Positions 7,597 through 16,133 of a stretch of 64,000 nucleotides of DNA are shown here, in pieces. Both the position numbers and the translations under genes were made by a program. The number at the start of each line of letters is the position of its first letter. Within the stretch, counting starts at the first letter, position 1. The stretch comes from a virus. Location of the stretch: positions 26,297 to 90,296 of the IMG/VR virus record IMGVR_UViG_3300003323_001142; one strand, 5' to 3'. The notes beneath the pieces were generated by a model. It was not told the DNA's origin. It ran no database searches and saw only the letters and a program-made list of their open reading frames with translations.

Positions 7597-8747
7597 CTCT
7601 CATCCAACAATTCCTTCGTGAGCCAGGCTGGACCGAGACGAAGCTCGATGCGCTGAAGACGCGATACGGCATCACCCATCGCCGGCATTGCGCGTACCCG
7701 AACCTGGTGCTCCTCAAATACAACCAGATCGAGTCACCTTTCGGCGAACCGATCGTCCAGGAATGCCGCGGGATCATCCTCGACGAGGCCGACCATTGGC
7801 GCATTGTATCGCGGGCCTTCTCGAAGTTCTTCAACCACGGCGAAGGTCACGCGGCTCCTATCGATTGGTCTACCGCCAAGGTCCAGGAGAAGGTCGACGG
7901 GTCGCTGTGCGTTCTCTATTGGTATCGGAACGAGTGGCACGTGGCGACATCGGGCTCCCCCGATGCGAGCGGACAGGTGCAGGGGTCGGGCATTTCGGAC
8001 GCGTCCCTCCGCGGCTCGGTCGACACGTTCGCGAGCTACTTTTGGCGGACGTTCCATGACTGCGGGTTGCGGCTACCATCATCCACATCGCGCGACCGCT
8101 GCTTTTTCTTCGAGCTCACCGGACCGATCAACCGCGTGGTCGTAGTACACGATGCCCCTTCGCTCACCCTTCTTGGCGCGCGTCGCCTGACCGATCAGCA
8201 AGAGATCGACATCGAACGAGCCGCGGACCTTCTCGGTGGCGCGCCGAAAGTCGTGCGCGAGTATCCGCTCCAGTCGTTCGACGACATTGCACGCTCGTTC
8301 GAATCGATCTCTCCGCTCTCCCAAGAGGGCTACGTCGTGGTCGATCATCGGTTTCACCGCGTGAAGGTGAAGCATCCCGGATACGTCGCCTTGCACCACA
8401 TGAAGGGCGGCCTGTCGCAAAAGGCGTTCGTCGAGATAGCGCGTAGTGGAGAAACGTCAGAGGTTCTTTCGACGTTCCCGGAGTTCGCGCCGACGCTCGA
8501 AGAGGCTATCCGGCGGTTCAACGGACTCGTAGCCAGCGTAGCCGCCGACTATGAGCGGCTTGCTGGCATTCCCGAGCAGAAAGCGTTCGCGCTGGAAGCC
8601 GTGAAGACGCGGTGCTCGGCCGCGCTCTTCATGGTGCGAGCTCGTAAGGCGCCGTCGATCGCGGATTACTTCCGCACGATGCAGATCGATCAGCTGGTGA
8701 AGCTGCTTGGCGTGAAGGATGAGCCGATAGCGACGGAGGCGGCTTGA
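7593..8747 (+). CDS. T4 Rnl1-family RNA ligase
   Basis: ECRGIIL..SRAFSKFFN; motif I EKVDGS; FFEL; EGYVV; RVKVK. Confidence 0.92.
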   Translation: MTLIQQFLREPGWTETKLDALKTRYGITHRRHCAYPNLVLLKYNQIESPFGEPIVQECRGIILDEADHWRIVSRAFSKFFNHGEGHAAPIDWSTAKVQEKVDGSLCVLYWYRNEWHVATSGSPDASGQVQGSGISDASLRGSVDTFASYFWRTFHDCGLRLPSSTSRDRCFFFELTGPINRVVVVHDAPSLTLLGARRLTDQQEIDIERAADLLGGAPKVVREYPLQSFDDIARSFESISPLSQEGYVVVDHRFHRVKVKHPGYVALHHMKGGLSQKAFVEIARSGETSEVLSTFPEFAPTLEEAIRRFNGLVASVAADYERLAGIPEQKAFALEAVKTRCSAALFMVRARKAPSIADYFRTMQIDQLVKLLGVKDEPIATEAA

Positions 8748-9124
8748 TGGGCATCTACGACCTCCACTTTCCAAGTTGCGCACTCCCCGCCCCCCAGCAG
8801 TCTGCCCCCATCCCCGCGCCCGTGCCATCGGCCCAATCGCCTAGGGTCAACAACCGGCTGACCGCGCGGCAGGCAGAGGTTCTCGACTTCATCTGCGTCC
8901 ACGCCGACGAAACGGGCGGCGTGCCGAGCATCCGCGAGACCGGTGAGCGCTTCGCCATCCGCTCGACGAACGGCATCTACACGCACCTGCACTACCTCGC
9001 GCGCAAAGGCTTTCTCGCCATGCCGGAGATCGCGGGCGTCAATCGTGGTCGGTCGCGGTCGTATCGCATTCTCCGGCGCTCGGACGGCGTCGCCGTTCGA
9101 CTCAGGCTTGTTCCTATTGACTGA
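8747..9124 (+). CDS. LexA-type DNA-binding domain protein without peptidase domain
   Basis: LTARQAEVLDFI..PSIRETGERFAIRSTNGIYTHLHYLARKGFL. Confidence 0.85.
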   Translation: MGIYDLHFPSCALPAPQQSAPIPAPVPSAQSPRVNNRLTARQAEVLDFICVHADETGGVPSIRETGERFAIRSTNGIYTHLHYLARKGFLAMPEIAGVNRGRSRSYRILRRSDGVAVRLRLVPID

Positions 9125-9133
9125 GGAGGTCTC

Positions 9134-9655
9134 ATGTCTGCTCGTAAGAAGCTCGAAGAAACGATCGCGCACGCCAGAACGGCAATCGCGCTCGCAGCAC
9201 AGGCCTACGTGGCCGAAGTGGTGCAGCAATCTCTCGGCACCGCCCCCGCAGCCGATCTCGACGAGCCCCGTCGGAATCGGCCCGCCCGCACTCGCAAGCC
9301 GGCTCGTGCCAAGAAGCCAGCGAAGGTTGCAGCGCCGAAGCCCGCCAAGAGGACCGTGACGAAACCCGCGCCGGTCAAGCGGAGCCGGACCAGCCGCGAG
9401 GTGATGCTCGTGCGGGAGCAATCGGCTTCGGAATACGCCGCCGGTGGGCAGTTCTTCGCGGTGGGCGACTTTGCGAAGTACGCGGACATCCCCGTCAAGG
9501 ACGCGTCGCTCACGCTGCGGAATATGGTTTCGGCCGGCAAGCTCGTCATCCAGGGCGAGAAAAGGAATGCGCGTTATCGCAAGGCCACCAAATCCAACGG
9601 CGTGGCCGAGCGGGCCGTGGAGCTGGATGAGGATTCGGCGGGGGTGGAGGCGTGA
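9134..9655 (+). CDS. Basic Pro/Ala/Lys-rich protein with C-terminal winged helix (nucleoid-associated-like)
   Basis: KPARAKKPAKVAAPKPAK linker; LRNMVSAGKLVIQGEKRNARY. Confidence 0.65.
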   Translation: MSARKKLEETIAHARTAIALAAQAYVAEVVQQSLGTAPAADLDEPRRNRPARTRKPARAKKPAKVAAPKPAKRTVTKPAPVKRSRTSREVMLVREQSASEYAAGGQFFAVGDFAKYADIPVKDASLTLRNMVSAGKLVIQGEKRNARYRKATKSNGVAERAVELDEDSAGVEA

Positions 9656-10347
9656 TGGCTCCCCTCGACATGCGCAAGCACTTCCAGCCGGACGACATCG
9701 TCGAAATCCTCATCAATTACAATAAGGGACATGTCGGGCGGGTGGACCGGGTAACCGCCGAGGAATGCTGGGTCGAGGACATCGGGCCGTACTCGAGTCC
9801 GGACTCGCTCCGGTTGATCGAGCGCGGGGGGAAGCCGGTCGAGCCTGGGCTATGGCTTGAGCGCGAGCCCATTATGGATCGTTGGTGCGGCGCGATGGCG
9901 CCAGGGAGCGGCGCTGTATGCTCCAGCACCGCCGGGCATCGAGGGCAGTGTATCGCGAGTCATGCCCCGCGGCGTTTCAATGGTCGCGCCGAATTCAACG
10001 GCATAGAGTTCGCTCGCTGGTGGGGCGTCAATCCCGATCCGGGCACCACGATCCCAGCTCCACCGCCCACGCCTCTCTCGGGCGATCTGACCGGCCCAGC
10101 GCCTATCCAATCAGTCGCGACAGCCATCGCAGCGATCCATCCACCCCTCCAGCCCAACCCCGCCTCCGACGCCGACCGCTCCCGCGCGGAAGCTCAGCGC
10201 CTCGAACGCCAGCTCACCGAGTCGCTCAACGATCGGGACCTGCTGCGGGCGGAGGTGAAGAACGAGAAGACCGCTCGGATCAAGGCGGAGGATAAGGTCC
10301 TTGAGCTCACGCGGGAGATGGCGCGGATGAAGAAGGCGGGGTGGTAG
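9655..10347 (+). CDS. Hypothetical protein (KOW-like N-terminus, C-terminal coiled coil)
   Basis: FQPDDIVEILINYNKGHVGRV; heptad-rich C-terminus. Confidence 0.65.
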   Translation: MAPLDMRKHFQPDDIVEILINYNKGHVGRVDRVTAEECWVEDIGPYSSPDSLRLIERGGKPVEPGLWLEREPIMDRWCGAMAPGSGAVCSSTAGHRGQCIASHAPRRFNGRAEFNGIEFARWWGVNPDPGTTIPAPPPTPLSGDLTGPAPIQSVATAIAAIHPPLQPNPASDADRSRAEAQRLERQLTESLNDRDLLRAEVKNEKTARIKAEDKVLELTREMARMKKAGW

Positions 10348-10541
10348 CCGTGTCTGTCGCTGCCTTCGTTGCTATCGCATGGCCGGTAGCGCTTCTGCTG
10401 GTCATCGCTGGCGTGGCATTCGCCAATTGCCATACCGCCGACGATTGGACATCGGTGGTGATTGTCGCGATCGTGGTCGTGCTAGCGATCGTCTCTATCG
10501 CGTGGGGCTCGGCGCGGCTCGCTCATGATGGGGTTTGGTGA
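10341..10541 (+). CDS. Small two-TM membrane protein
   Basis: Two strongly hydrophobic segments. Confidence 0.5.
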   Translation: MVAVSVAAFVAIAWPVALLLVIAGVAFANCHTADDWTSVVIVAIVVVLAIVSIAWGSARLAHDGVW

Positions 10542-10906
10542 TGGCGATCTTTACCGTTTCGAGCTTTAGCCTGCGGCCCGCTTTGCCGGAACCCGCGGAG
10601 GGGATGAGGGTGGAATTCACCGGCCCCGCCACGGATGCCCTGCCAACCGGCACACGCGGTCGGATTACGGCCGTGGCGCCTGGCAGCGCGATCTATTGGA
10701 CAGCCGACAGCGGACGGAAATTCTTGACCTTCCGAGAGTCCTGGGGCGGCGCGTTGCGGCCGATCGGCGACGACCGCGGGGATGTCTCGGTTGAGCTCGG
10801 CAAGTCCGTAGGCGTTCGCCTGTGCGCGCGGAATGGCTGCGACAAGCCCGCCGAAGACGGCTCGCGGTTCTGCTGCGATAGCTGTTTCATCAAGGAGAAT
10901 TGGTGA
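10541..10906 (+). CDS. Hypothetical protein (SH3-like domain plus Cys-rich tail)
   Basis: GMRVEFTG..LPTGTRGRITAV; CARNGC..FCCDSC. Confidence 0.65.
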   Translation: MAIFTVSSFSLRPALPEPAEGMRVEFTGPATDALPTGTRGRITAVAPGSAIYWTADSGRKFLTFRESWGGALRPIGDDRGDVSVELGKSVGVRLCARNGCDKPAEDGSRFCCDSCFIKENW

Positions 10907-11685
10907 TGGGCCCCGTTCTCATTTGCTCCGGCTGCCACGTCCCGAGCTCGATCGCTCGCGCCGGGTCGAAGCACGACGGCTGCCCGAAATCGGGCGTGTT
11001 CGCCGTGCCGGGGGGCGAGACGGTGCTGGAGTATGCAGCGCGGCAGAAAGGCGCGGGCAAGACGCTTTTGCCGGCTGCTCGTGACCAAGCCGCGCCTCGC
11101 GTCGTACATCAGGAGAAAAGCCCGCCCTGGCCTGAACGGATCACCGAGTTCACGGGTCTGCGCACAGCGATGATTCTCGCCGAAGGCGACATGTTCGGCG
11201 ATCAATACCGTGCGCGGTGGGCGCGCAGAGCCGCAGCGTTCGGTGAATACATAAAGGCATCTGGCTATGCGGGCAGCCAGGCCTTGTATCCCGAGCGGTC
11301 GCCAGCTCTCCCCGCGCCATACGTCGGCATGCTGGTGCGATACGCCGGATATGGCGACGAGATTGGCCGCGTTACAGCCATTCACGGCGAGTTGCTCTCG
11401 ATCCATTTCGGGAGTGAGCAATATTTCAATCATTGCACCTACGGCCGCTCCGTTCTGCCGGTGTTACCAGTGCCTGGTATGCCGGTCCGGTACATCGGCG
11501 AGACGATGCGCGGCTTGCCGAATGGACAGCTCGCGAAGGTGACGCAAGTCGCGACCGACGGTAGCTTTGGCATCGTTTGGGGCCAACGCGGACTCGATGA
11601 GTCTGCGTTCTGGGTTGATGCAGACAAGTTCGGCATCTTGGTGCTCCCGCTGGAATTCGAGACGCAGGAGGCTTTCCATGCGTGA
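10906..11685 (+). CDS. Hypothetical protein (Zn knuckle plus two SH3-like repeats)
   Basis: CSGC..HDGC; GMLVRY..IGRVTAI and GMPVRY..LPNGQLAKVTQV. Confidence 0.65.
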   Translation: MGPVLICSGCHVPSSIARAGSKHDGCPKSGVFAVPGGETVLEYAARQKGAGKTLLPAARDQAAPRVVHQEKSPPWPERITEFTGLRTAMILAEGDMFGDQYRARWARRAAAFGEYIKASGYAGSQALYPERSPALPAPYVGMLVRYAGYGDEIGRVTAIHGELLSIHFGSEQYFNHCTYGRSVLPVLPVPGMPVRYIGETMRGLPNGQLAKVTQVATDGSFGIVWGQRGLDESAFWVDADKFGILVLPLEFETQEAFHA

Positions 11686-12307
11686 GCCGAAGCTCGGGGT
11701 TCCCGAGAACATCGCGCGCGCCGCACTCGATCCGCTTCGTCGACACGCTGCGGCGGAGATCTCTCGCTATGCCGAGCAGATGATCGGCCTCAGCTCATGG
11801 CCGCTGATTCACGATCTGTTTCCGAACTTCAAGGAAGTGACCGAGAGCTTCACGGTGTTTCAGGCGGTCCGCGATCATCTGAGCGACATCAGCCTGCAGG
11901 ACCCTTCGGTCACGGTGATCGCGGTGGGCGATGGCTCCACGCCCCGCACCGCCGCGACGTTCGCCACGCGTTCGAAGTGGCGGGCCGTGAGTATCGATCC
12001 GCAACTGCGGCGCTTCACGCGCGCGATGCAGAAGATTCAACGACTCGCGTGCGACCCTCGCCGAGTCGAGGAGACTCTCACGATCTGCGAGACGGCGATT
12101 CTGGTCGCAGTGCACTCGCACGCCAAGTTGCCCGCATCGATCGCATCAGTGCGCGCCAAGCGGCTCGCCGTTGTGGCGTTGCCCTGCTGTGTGGATCTGA
12201 GCATCCCGGGGCTGGCTCCCGACCTTCAATATGACGACTATGGCTGCATATCACCGGATCGGACCGTGAAGATCTGGCGGTCGGTGCCTTGCCTGGAGGC
12301 CGCGTGA
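11678..12307 (+). CDS. Class I SAM-dependent methyltransferase-like protein (Methyltransf_32/TRM44-like fold)
   Basis: LFPNFKEVTES; IAVGDGSTPRTAA; SIDP; VAVHSH; ALPCC. Confidence 0.65.
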   Translation: MREPKLGVPENIARAALDPLRRHAAAEISRYAEQMIGLSSWPLIHDLFPNFKEVTESFTVFQAVRDHLSDISLQDPSVTVIAVGDGSTPRTAATFATRSKWRAVSIDPQLRRFTRAMQKIQRLACDPRRVEETLTICETAILVAVHSHAKLPASIASVRAKRLAVVALPCCVDLSIPGLAPDLQYDDYGCISPDRTVKIWRSVPCLEAA

Positions 12308-12576
12308 TGCATCGCGATCGCGATCTTGCGGTGATGCTGGCCATCTGCGTAGCACTTGCACTCGCGGTGCTCGCGTTTCTCTGGCCGGAGCAGAGTTCGG
12401 CCGAGCATTTATTTTTGCCGTTCGTCGTGGACCGAAGTTCAGAGTTCCGCGCCTCGGAGCGTGCCGCAGCACAGGGTGACTCGGGAAGGGCCGGAAGCCA
12501 GGCGGTCACAGGTCCGAGCCCAGACGTTCAGGGCTTTTGCGCGTGGGGACGGATCCCTGGGGAGCGCTGCCGATGA
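12307..12576 (+). CDS. Hypothetical protein with N-terminal TM segment
   Basis: TGATG coupling; LAVMLAICVALALAVLAFLW. Confidence 0.5.
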   Translation: MHRDRDLAVMLAICVALALAVLAFLWPEQSSAEHLFLPFVVDRSSEFRASERAAAQGDSGRAGSQAVTGPSPDVQGFCAWGRIPGERCR

Positions 12577-12731
12577 TCGGCCTGTTGCTTGGCGCAGCCT
12601 TGCTGCCGCTCGGCGTCGCGTTCGGATTGCTTTTCGTGCGCGTCGACGAACGGCTGGCGCGGACGACCGCGCAGATTCGGGAGGACACCGAGGCCGAGGC
12701 GCAGCTCATTCGATGGGAGGGCGAGCCTTGA
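12573..12731 (+). CDS. Small membrane protein
   Basis: ATGA coupling; MIGLLLGAALLPLGVAFGLLFV. Confidence 0.55.
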   Translation: MIGLLLGAALLPLGVAFGLLFVRVDERLARTTAQIREDTEAEAQLIRWEGEP

Positions 12732-12913
12732 AAGATGTCGCCGTTACCCCGTCCAGCGATGAGCCCGTGACGCTCGCGCCCGTGTGCGAGTGCGTCGAGC
12801 TGGCCGACGGAGGCCGGATGCTTTGCGAGACGTGCAAGTCGCTGACTCGAATCCGCGAGCAGCTTCGAAACGACCACGCGATCCGCGTCGACGATGACGA
12901 CGGAGAGATTTGA
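12728..12913 (+). CDS. Small Cys-containing protein
   Basis: TTGA coupling; CEC..LCETC. Confidence 0.5.
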   Translation: MKDVAVTPSSDEPVTLAPVCECVELADGGRMLCETCKSLTRIREQLRNDHAIRVDDDDGEI

Positions 12914-12928
12914 TTGAAAGGAATCCAC

Positions 12929-13339
12929 ATGTCCAAAGATGCCCAACCGCCCACCGAACAAGAAGAGGGTCCGCGTTCATTCTCGGTCGTTCTCGGCAAT
13001 CTCGACGCTGGCGCCGTCCAGAACGAGCTTTCCGCGCGTCTCCACACGCTCGTTACGGAACTCGAGCGCCGCGCCTACGACTCCAATCTGCCCGCCAAGG
13101 GAAAGCTCGTCTTTTCGCTCGAGGTGAAGGTCGATCCGAAGGGCGTCGCCGAGCTCATTCCAACGATCGGAACGAAGCTGCCAGACCCGAAGTGCTCGCG
13201 CACCGTGATGTACGTCACCAAGGGTGGGAATCTGGCGCCCGAAAACGCCCGTCAACAGAAACTTGGCTTCCGCGAAGTTCAGGGTGGCAAACGCGAGACG
13301 CGCGAACCCCAACGCAACGCTGACCAGCGCGACGCCTGA
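12929..13339 (+). CDS. Conserved phage protein that accompanies DUF2303 (YfdP-like)
   Basis: LDAGAVQNELS..KGKLVFSLEV..MYVTKGGNLAPENARQQKL; AAGGA SD. Confidence 0.75.
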   Translation: MSKDAQPPTEQEEGPRSFSVVLGNLDAGAVQNELSARLHTLVTELERRAYDSNLPAKGKLVFSLEVKVDPKGVAELIPTIGTKLPDPKCSRTVMYVTKGGNLAPENARQQKLGFREVQGGKRETREPQRNADQRDA

Positions 13340-13375
13340 TCCGTATCCCCGAATTCACCATAGGAGACAACGCCC

Positions 13376-14305
13376 ATGACCGAACCCAGAACCGAAGCCG
13401 ACGCGATTGCGGAAATCATCAGTAAGCAAGCGACGGCCGAAATCATTCAGCTCAAGAGCCCCTTTCCCGAGGATGCAACGATTCCGGGGAGTATCCCGCT
13501 CATCGCGCGGCCGACCACGGGCGGGCAGATCGCGGTCGAGAGCGCGAAGAAGCTGCTCGAAGAGTACCGCACCGCTCCCGCTCGGCGCACGGGCACCGCC
13601 AGATTCGTGGACCTCGATTCGTTCATCCTCCACGTGAATCGCTTCAAGGACGAGCACTCGCTGGTGTTCGCCAATCCAGATCGATCGAATCCAGCCCTCA
13701 CCGCCGTGCTCAACTATCACGAGAAGGATGCGACGGGCGCTCCGCGGTTCGGGGACCATCGGAGCGCGTACGCATTCCCGCTCTCCGACGAGTGGAAATA
13801 CTGGCAACAGAAGCACGATGAGAAGCTCGATCAGGAGGACTTCGCGCAGGTCATCGAAGATCGCATCGACGACGTGATCGAGCCGGGCGCCGCGACGAAG
13901 ACGGCGAAGGAATTCGCGGATGAGTACGGCGTGACCTTCGCGACGCGTGCGCGTCTGATCGAGCTCTCCAAGGGGCTGGCCATCAACGTGGGCCGCAAGG
14001 TCGTGAACCAGCGTAACGGGCAAACCGGCGAGTTGCGTCTTCAGTTCGAGGAGACCCACTCGGACGCGGGGGGAGGGGCGCTCAATGTGCCCGACGCGGT
14101 CCTGCTTTCGATACCTGTCGTCCGAAATGGCCCGCTTTACCAGGTGCCAGCAAGGCTTCGGTATCGCGTCAACGGCGGCGTCATCACCTGGTGGTTCAAT
14201 CTGCATCGCACCGACGTCGTGTTCGAGGACGCATTCAAAGAGTCATGCGACAAGGTGCTCGACCGCACGCAGCTCAACGTCCTGCTCGGCTCACCGGAGT
14301 CCTGA
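13376..14305 (+). CDS. DUF2303 (YfdQ-like) family protein
   Basis: DLDSFILHVNRFK..TAVLNYH..PRFGDHR..FPLSDEW..QEDFAQVIED..LSIPV..ARLRYR. Confidence 0.88.
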   Translation: MTEPRTEADAIAEIISKQATAEIIQLKSPFPEDATIPGSIPLIARPTTGGQIAVESAKKLLEEYRTAPARRTGTARFVDLDSFILHVNRFKDEHSLVFANPDRSNPALTAVLNYHEKDATGAPRFGDHRSAYAFPLSDEWKYWQQKHDEKLDQEDFAQVIEDRIDDVIEPGAATKTAKEFADEYGVTFATRARLIELSKGLAINVGRKVVNQRNGQTGELRLQFEETHSDAGGGALNVPDAVLLSIPVVRNGPLYQVPARLRYRVNGGVITWWFNLHRTDVVFEDAFKESCDKVLDRTQLNVLLGSPES

Positions 14306-14309
14306 CGTC

Positions 14310-14741
14310 GTGACGGATCAATCCCCGACCGAGCCGGCGCCGTCTCGACTCCCCTCTCCTCCCTGGGAGCACGAGCTGCCCTTCGACCCCGCTCGGGCTC
14401 GCGATGGCGGTTTCGCCAAGCTCGAGCTCCACGGACGGAGGCGCCATCGATTCGGCTTCGTGCGCACCATGCGCGCCTTCGATCGCATGTGGGTTCAGAT
14501 CTGGGAACCTATCGTCGATGACGTTGGCGCGCTGATCGATTGGGCAACCGAGATCCACGATCCGCAAAAGGTCGCGCGTGTGAAGTCCCTCTCGAAGGCT
14601 GCCGTGATGCAGGAATCGGCGAGTCGACGCCCGCTGCAGCCGGTTGCGGTCGGGGATGATCCCAACAACCAGGAGGACCCCGACGACGGGGACAGCTACG
14701 GCCCCCAAATCAAACTTGTCGATACGCAGGTCCAGCCATGA
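14310..14741 (+). CDS. Hypothetical protein
   Basis: GTG after the DUF2303 stop; coupled to the next gene. Confidence 0.55.
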   Translation: MTDQSPTEPAPSRLPSPPWEHELPFDPARARDGGFAKLELHGRRRHRFGFVRTMRAFDRMWVQIWEPIVDDVGALIDWATEIHDPQKVARVKSLSKAAVMQESASRRPLQPVAVGDDPNNQEDPDDGDSYGPQIKLVDTQVQP

Positions 14742-14941
14742 GCGCGGGAACATGCAAATGCGGCTGGGTCGCGCCCGAGATCGAAGTCTCCGTCATTGCT
14801 GGGCACGATCCGGCGCTGCCGCCGCCCGATCACATCATCGTGCGCTTCGTGATCACGTGTCCGAAGTGCAACGCGAAATTGCCGGGGATGATCGAAAGCC
14901 GAGGCCCACGGCCGGTCAAGTCAACGGACGCACCATCATGA
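14738..14941 (+). CDS. Small Zn-finger protein
   Basis: CKCG..TCPKC. Confidence 0.6.
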   Translation: MSAGTCKCGWVAPEIEVSVIAGHDPALPPPDHIIVRFVITCPKCNAKLPGMIESRGPRPVKSTDAPS

Positions 14942-15570
14942 ACGATTTCAAATTCAACCCACCGCACATCGTCTGTCGGCGCATCTGCGAAGCCATCGGG
15001 TCGAGCGGTCGCCCAGTGCGAGAGATTCAGGTTTCGCGAAAGGTCTGGCCGGTTCTTCGTGCTTGTCCGGAGGCCGAGGCCGAATCGGCCGAAAACAAGC
15101 CTGATTCGCTCGCGGCGGCATCGGTGCCCCCCCCGCCGGTACCCGCAGAAGAGGGGCCCATCCCCAGCCTCAATCCGACGCCGGACCTGACCGACCGCCA
15201 GGCCGAGATCCTCGCCTTCATCGGCGATCAGATCGCGAGCGGCATGCCGCCGACCACGCGGGAGATTTGCGAGCAGTTCCGATTCGCGTCCACCAACTCG
15301 GTAGCGCTGCATCTCGCGACCCTTGAGAGCAAGGGCTACATCGTCCGGGCGCTGGGAAGCGCGCGCGGGATTCGCATCCTAAAGGGCCATCCGGCGGCCG
15401 CGCTGGCGTTCCACAGTCGCATTGGCGAGGGCAACGCAAAGCGGACCACCGAGTATCTGAGACTCATGTTGGCCGAGGTCTGCGAGGCGCTCGAGCTCGT
15501 TGAGGCGATCGGCTGGGATCGGGCACGCGAGTACGCGGCTCAAGCGCGGCGCGCGGGAGGTGCGTCGTGA
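14938..15570 (+). CDS. Second LexA-type DNA-binding domain protein (internal domain, no peptidase)
   Basis: LTDRQAEILAFI..PPTTREICEQFRFASTNSVALHLATLESKGYI.R..GSARGIRIL. Confidence 0.85.
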   Translation: MNDFKFNPPHIVCRRICEAIGSSGRPVREIQVSRKVWPVLRACPEAEAESAENKPDSLAAASVPPPPVPAEEGPIPSLNPTPDLTDRQAEILAFIGDQIASGMPPTTREICEQFRFASTNSVALHLATLESKGYIVRALGSARGIRILKGHPAAALAFHSRIGEGNAKRTTEYLRLMLAEVCEALELVEAIGWDRAREYAAQARRAGGAS

Positions 15571-16133
15571 GCGACGACAAGATCGTCAAGATGCCGACGA
15601 AACCGCAGCCGATAAGGCCCGGCGGGACCGCGTCTCTGGAGCTGATCGTCAATCGGCACGGCAAGTATTGCGACCACCGCCCGGTAGAACTCGACACCGA
15701 ACGAAGGGGTGTGACGTGCAAAGACTGCGGCGCGTCGCTCGACCCGTTCGATACTTTGCTCCGTTATGCGCGAGAACACGAACGTGTAGCTCGCGACCTG
15801 AAGGACACGTCCACGGACGCGAAGGGAGCTCACGCGCGGCTGGAACTGCTCGAGCGGCTGGAGCGCAACGCCAAGGGCCGCTTGCGTCGACTCGGTGTAC
15901 GCCATCTCCCGGAGCATCGACTGGATTGGCTGGTCGCGCGTGCTCAAGAGCGCATGGGAAAGGTCGGGATCGATCGACGCTATGTCGAATACACGCTTGA
16001 GGAACTGAAGCCCGTTGATCGCTTGCGGGCCGCTCTTGCAATGCTCGACGGTGGCGGGGATGAGGGCACTGCCATGGCGCTCGCGGAGCAGGCCCTGATC
16101 GAACTGCGGACCATAACGGAGGAGCGCAAATGA
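15567..16133 (+). CDS. Phage Zn-finger/coiled-coil hypothetical protein
   Basis: CDHRPVELD..VTCKDCGASLDPFDTL. Confidence 0.7.
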   Translation: MSDDKIVKMPTKPQPIRPGGTASLELIVNRHGKYCDHRPVELDTERRGVTCKDCGASLDPFDTLLRYAREHERVARDLKDTSTDAKGAHARLELLERLERNAKGRLRRLGVRHLPEHRLDWLVARAQERMGKVGIDRRYVEYTLEELKPVDRLRAALAMLDGGGDEGTAMALAEQALIELRTITEERK

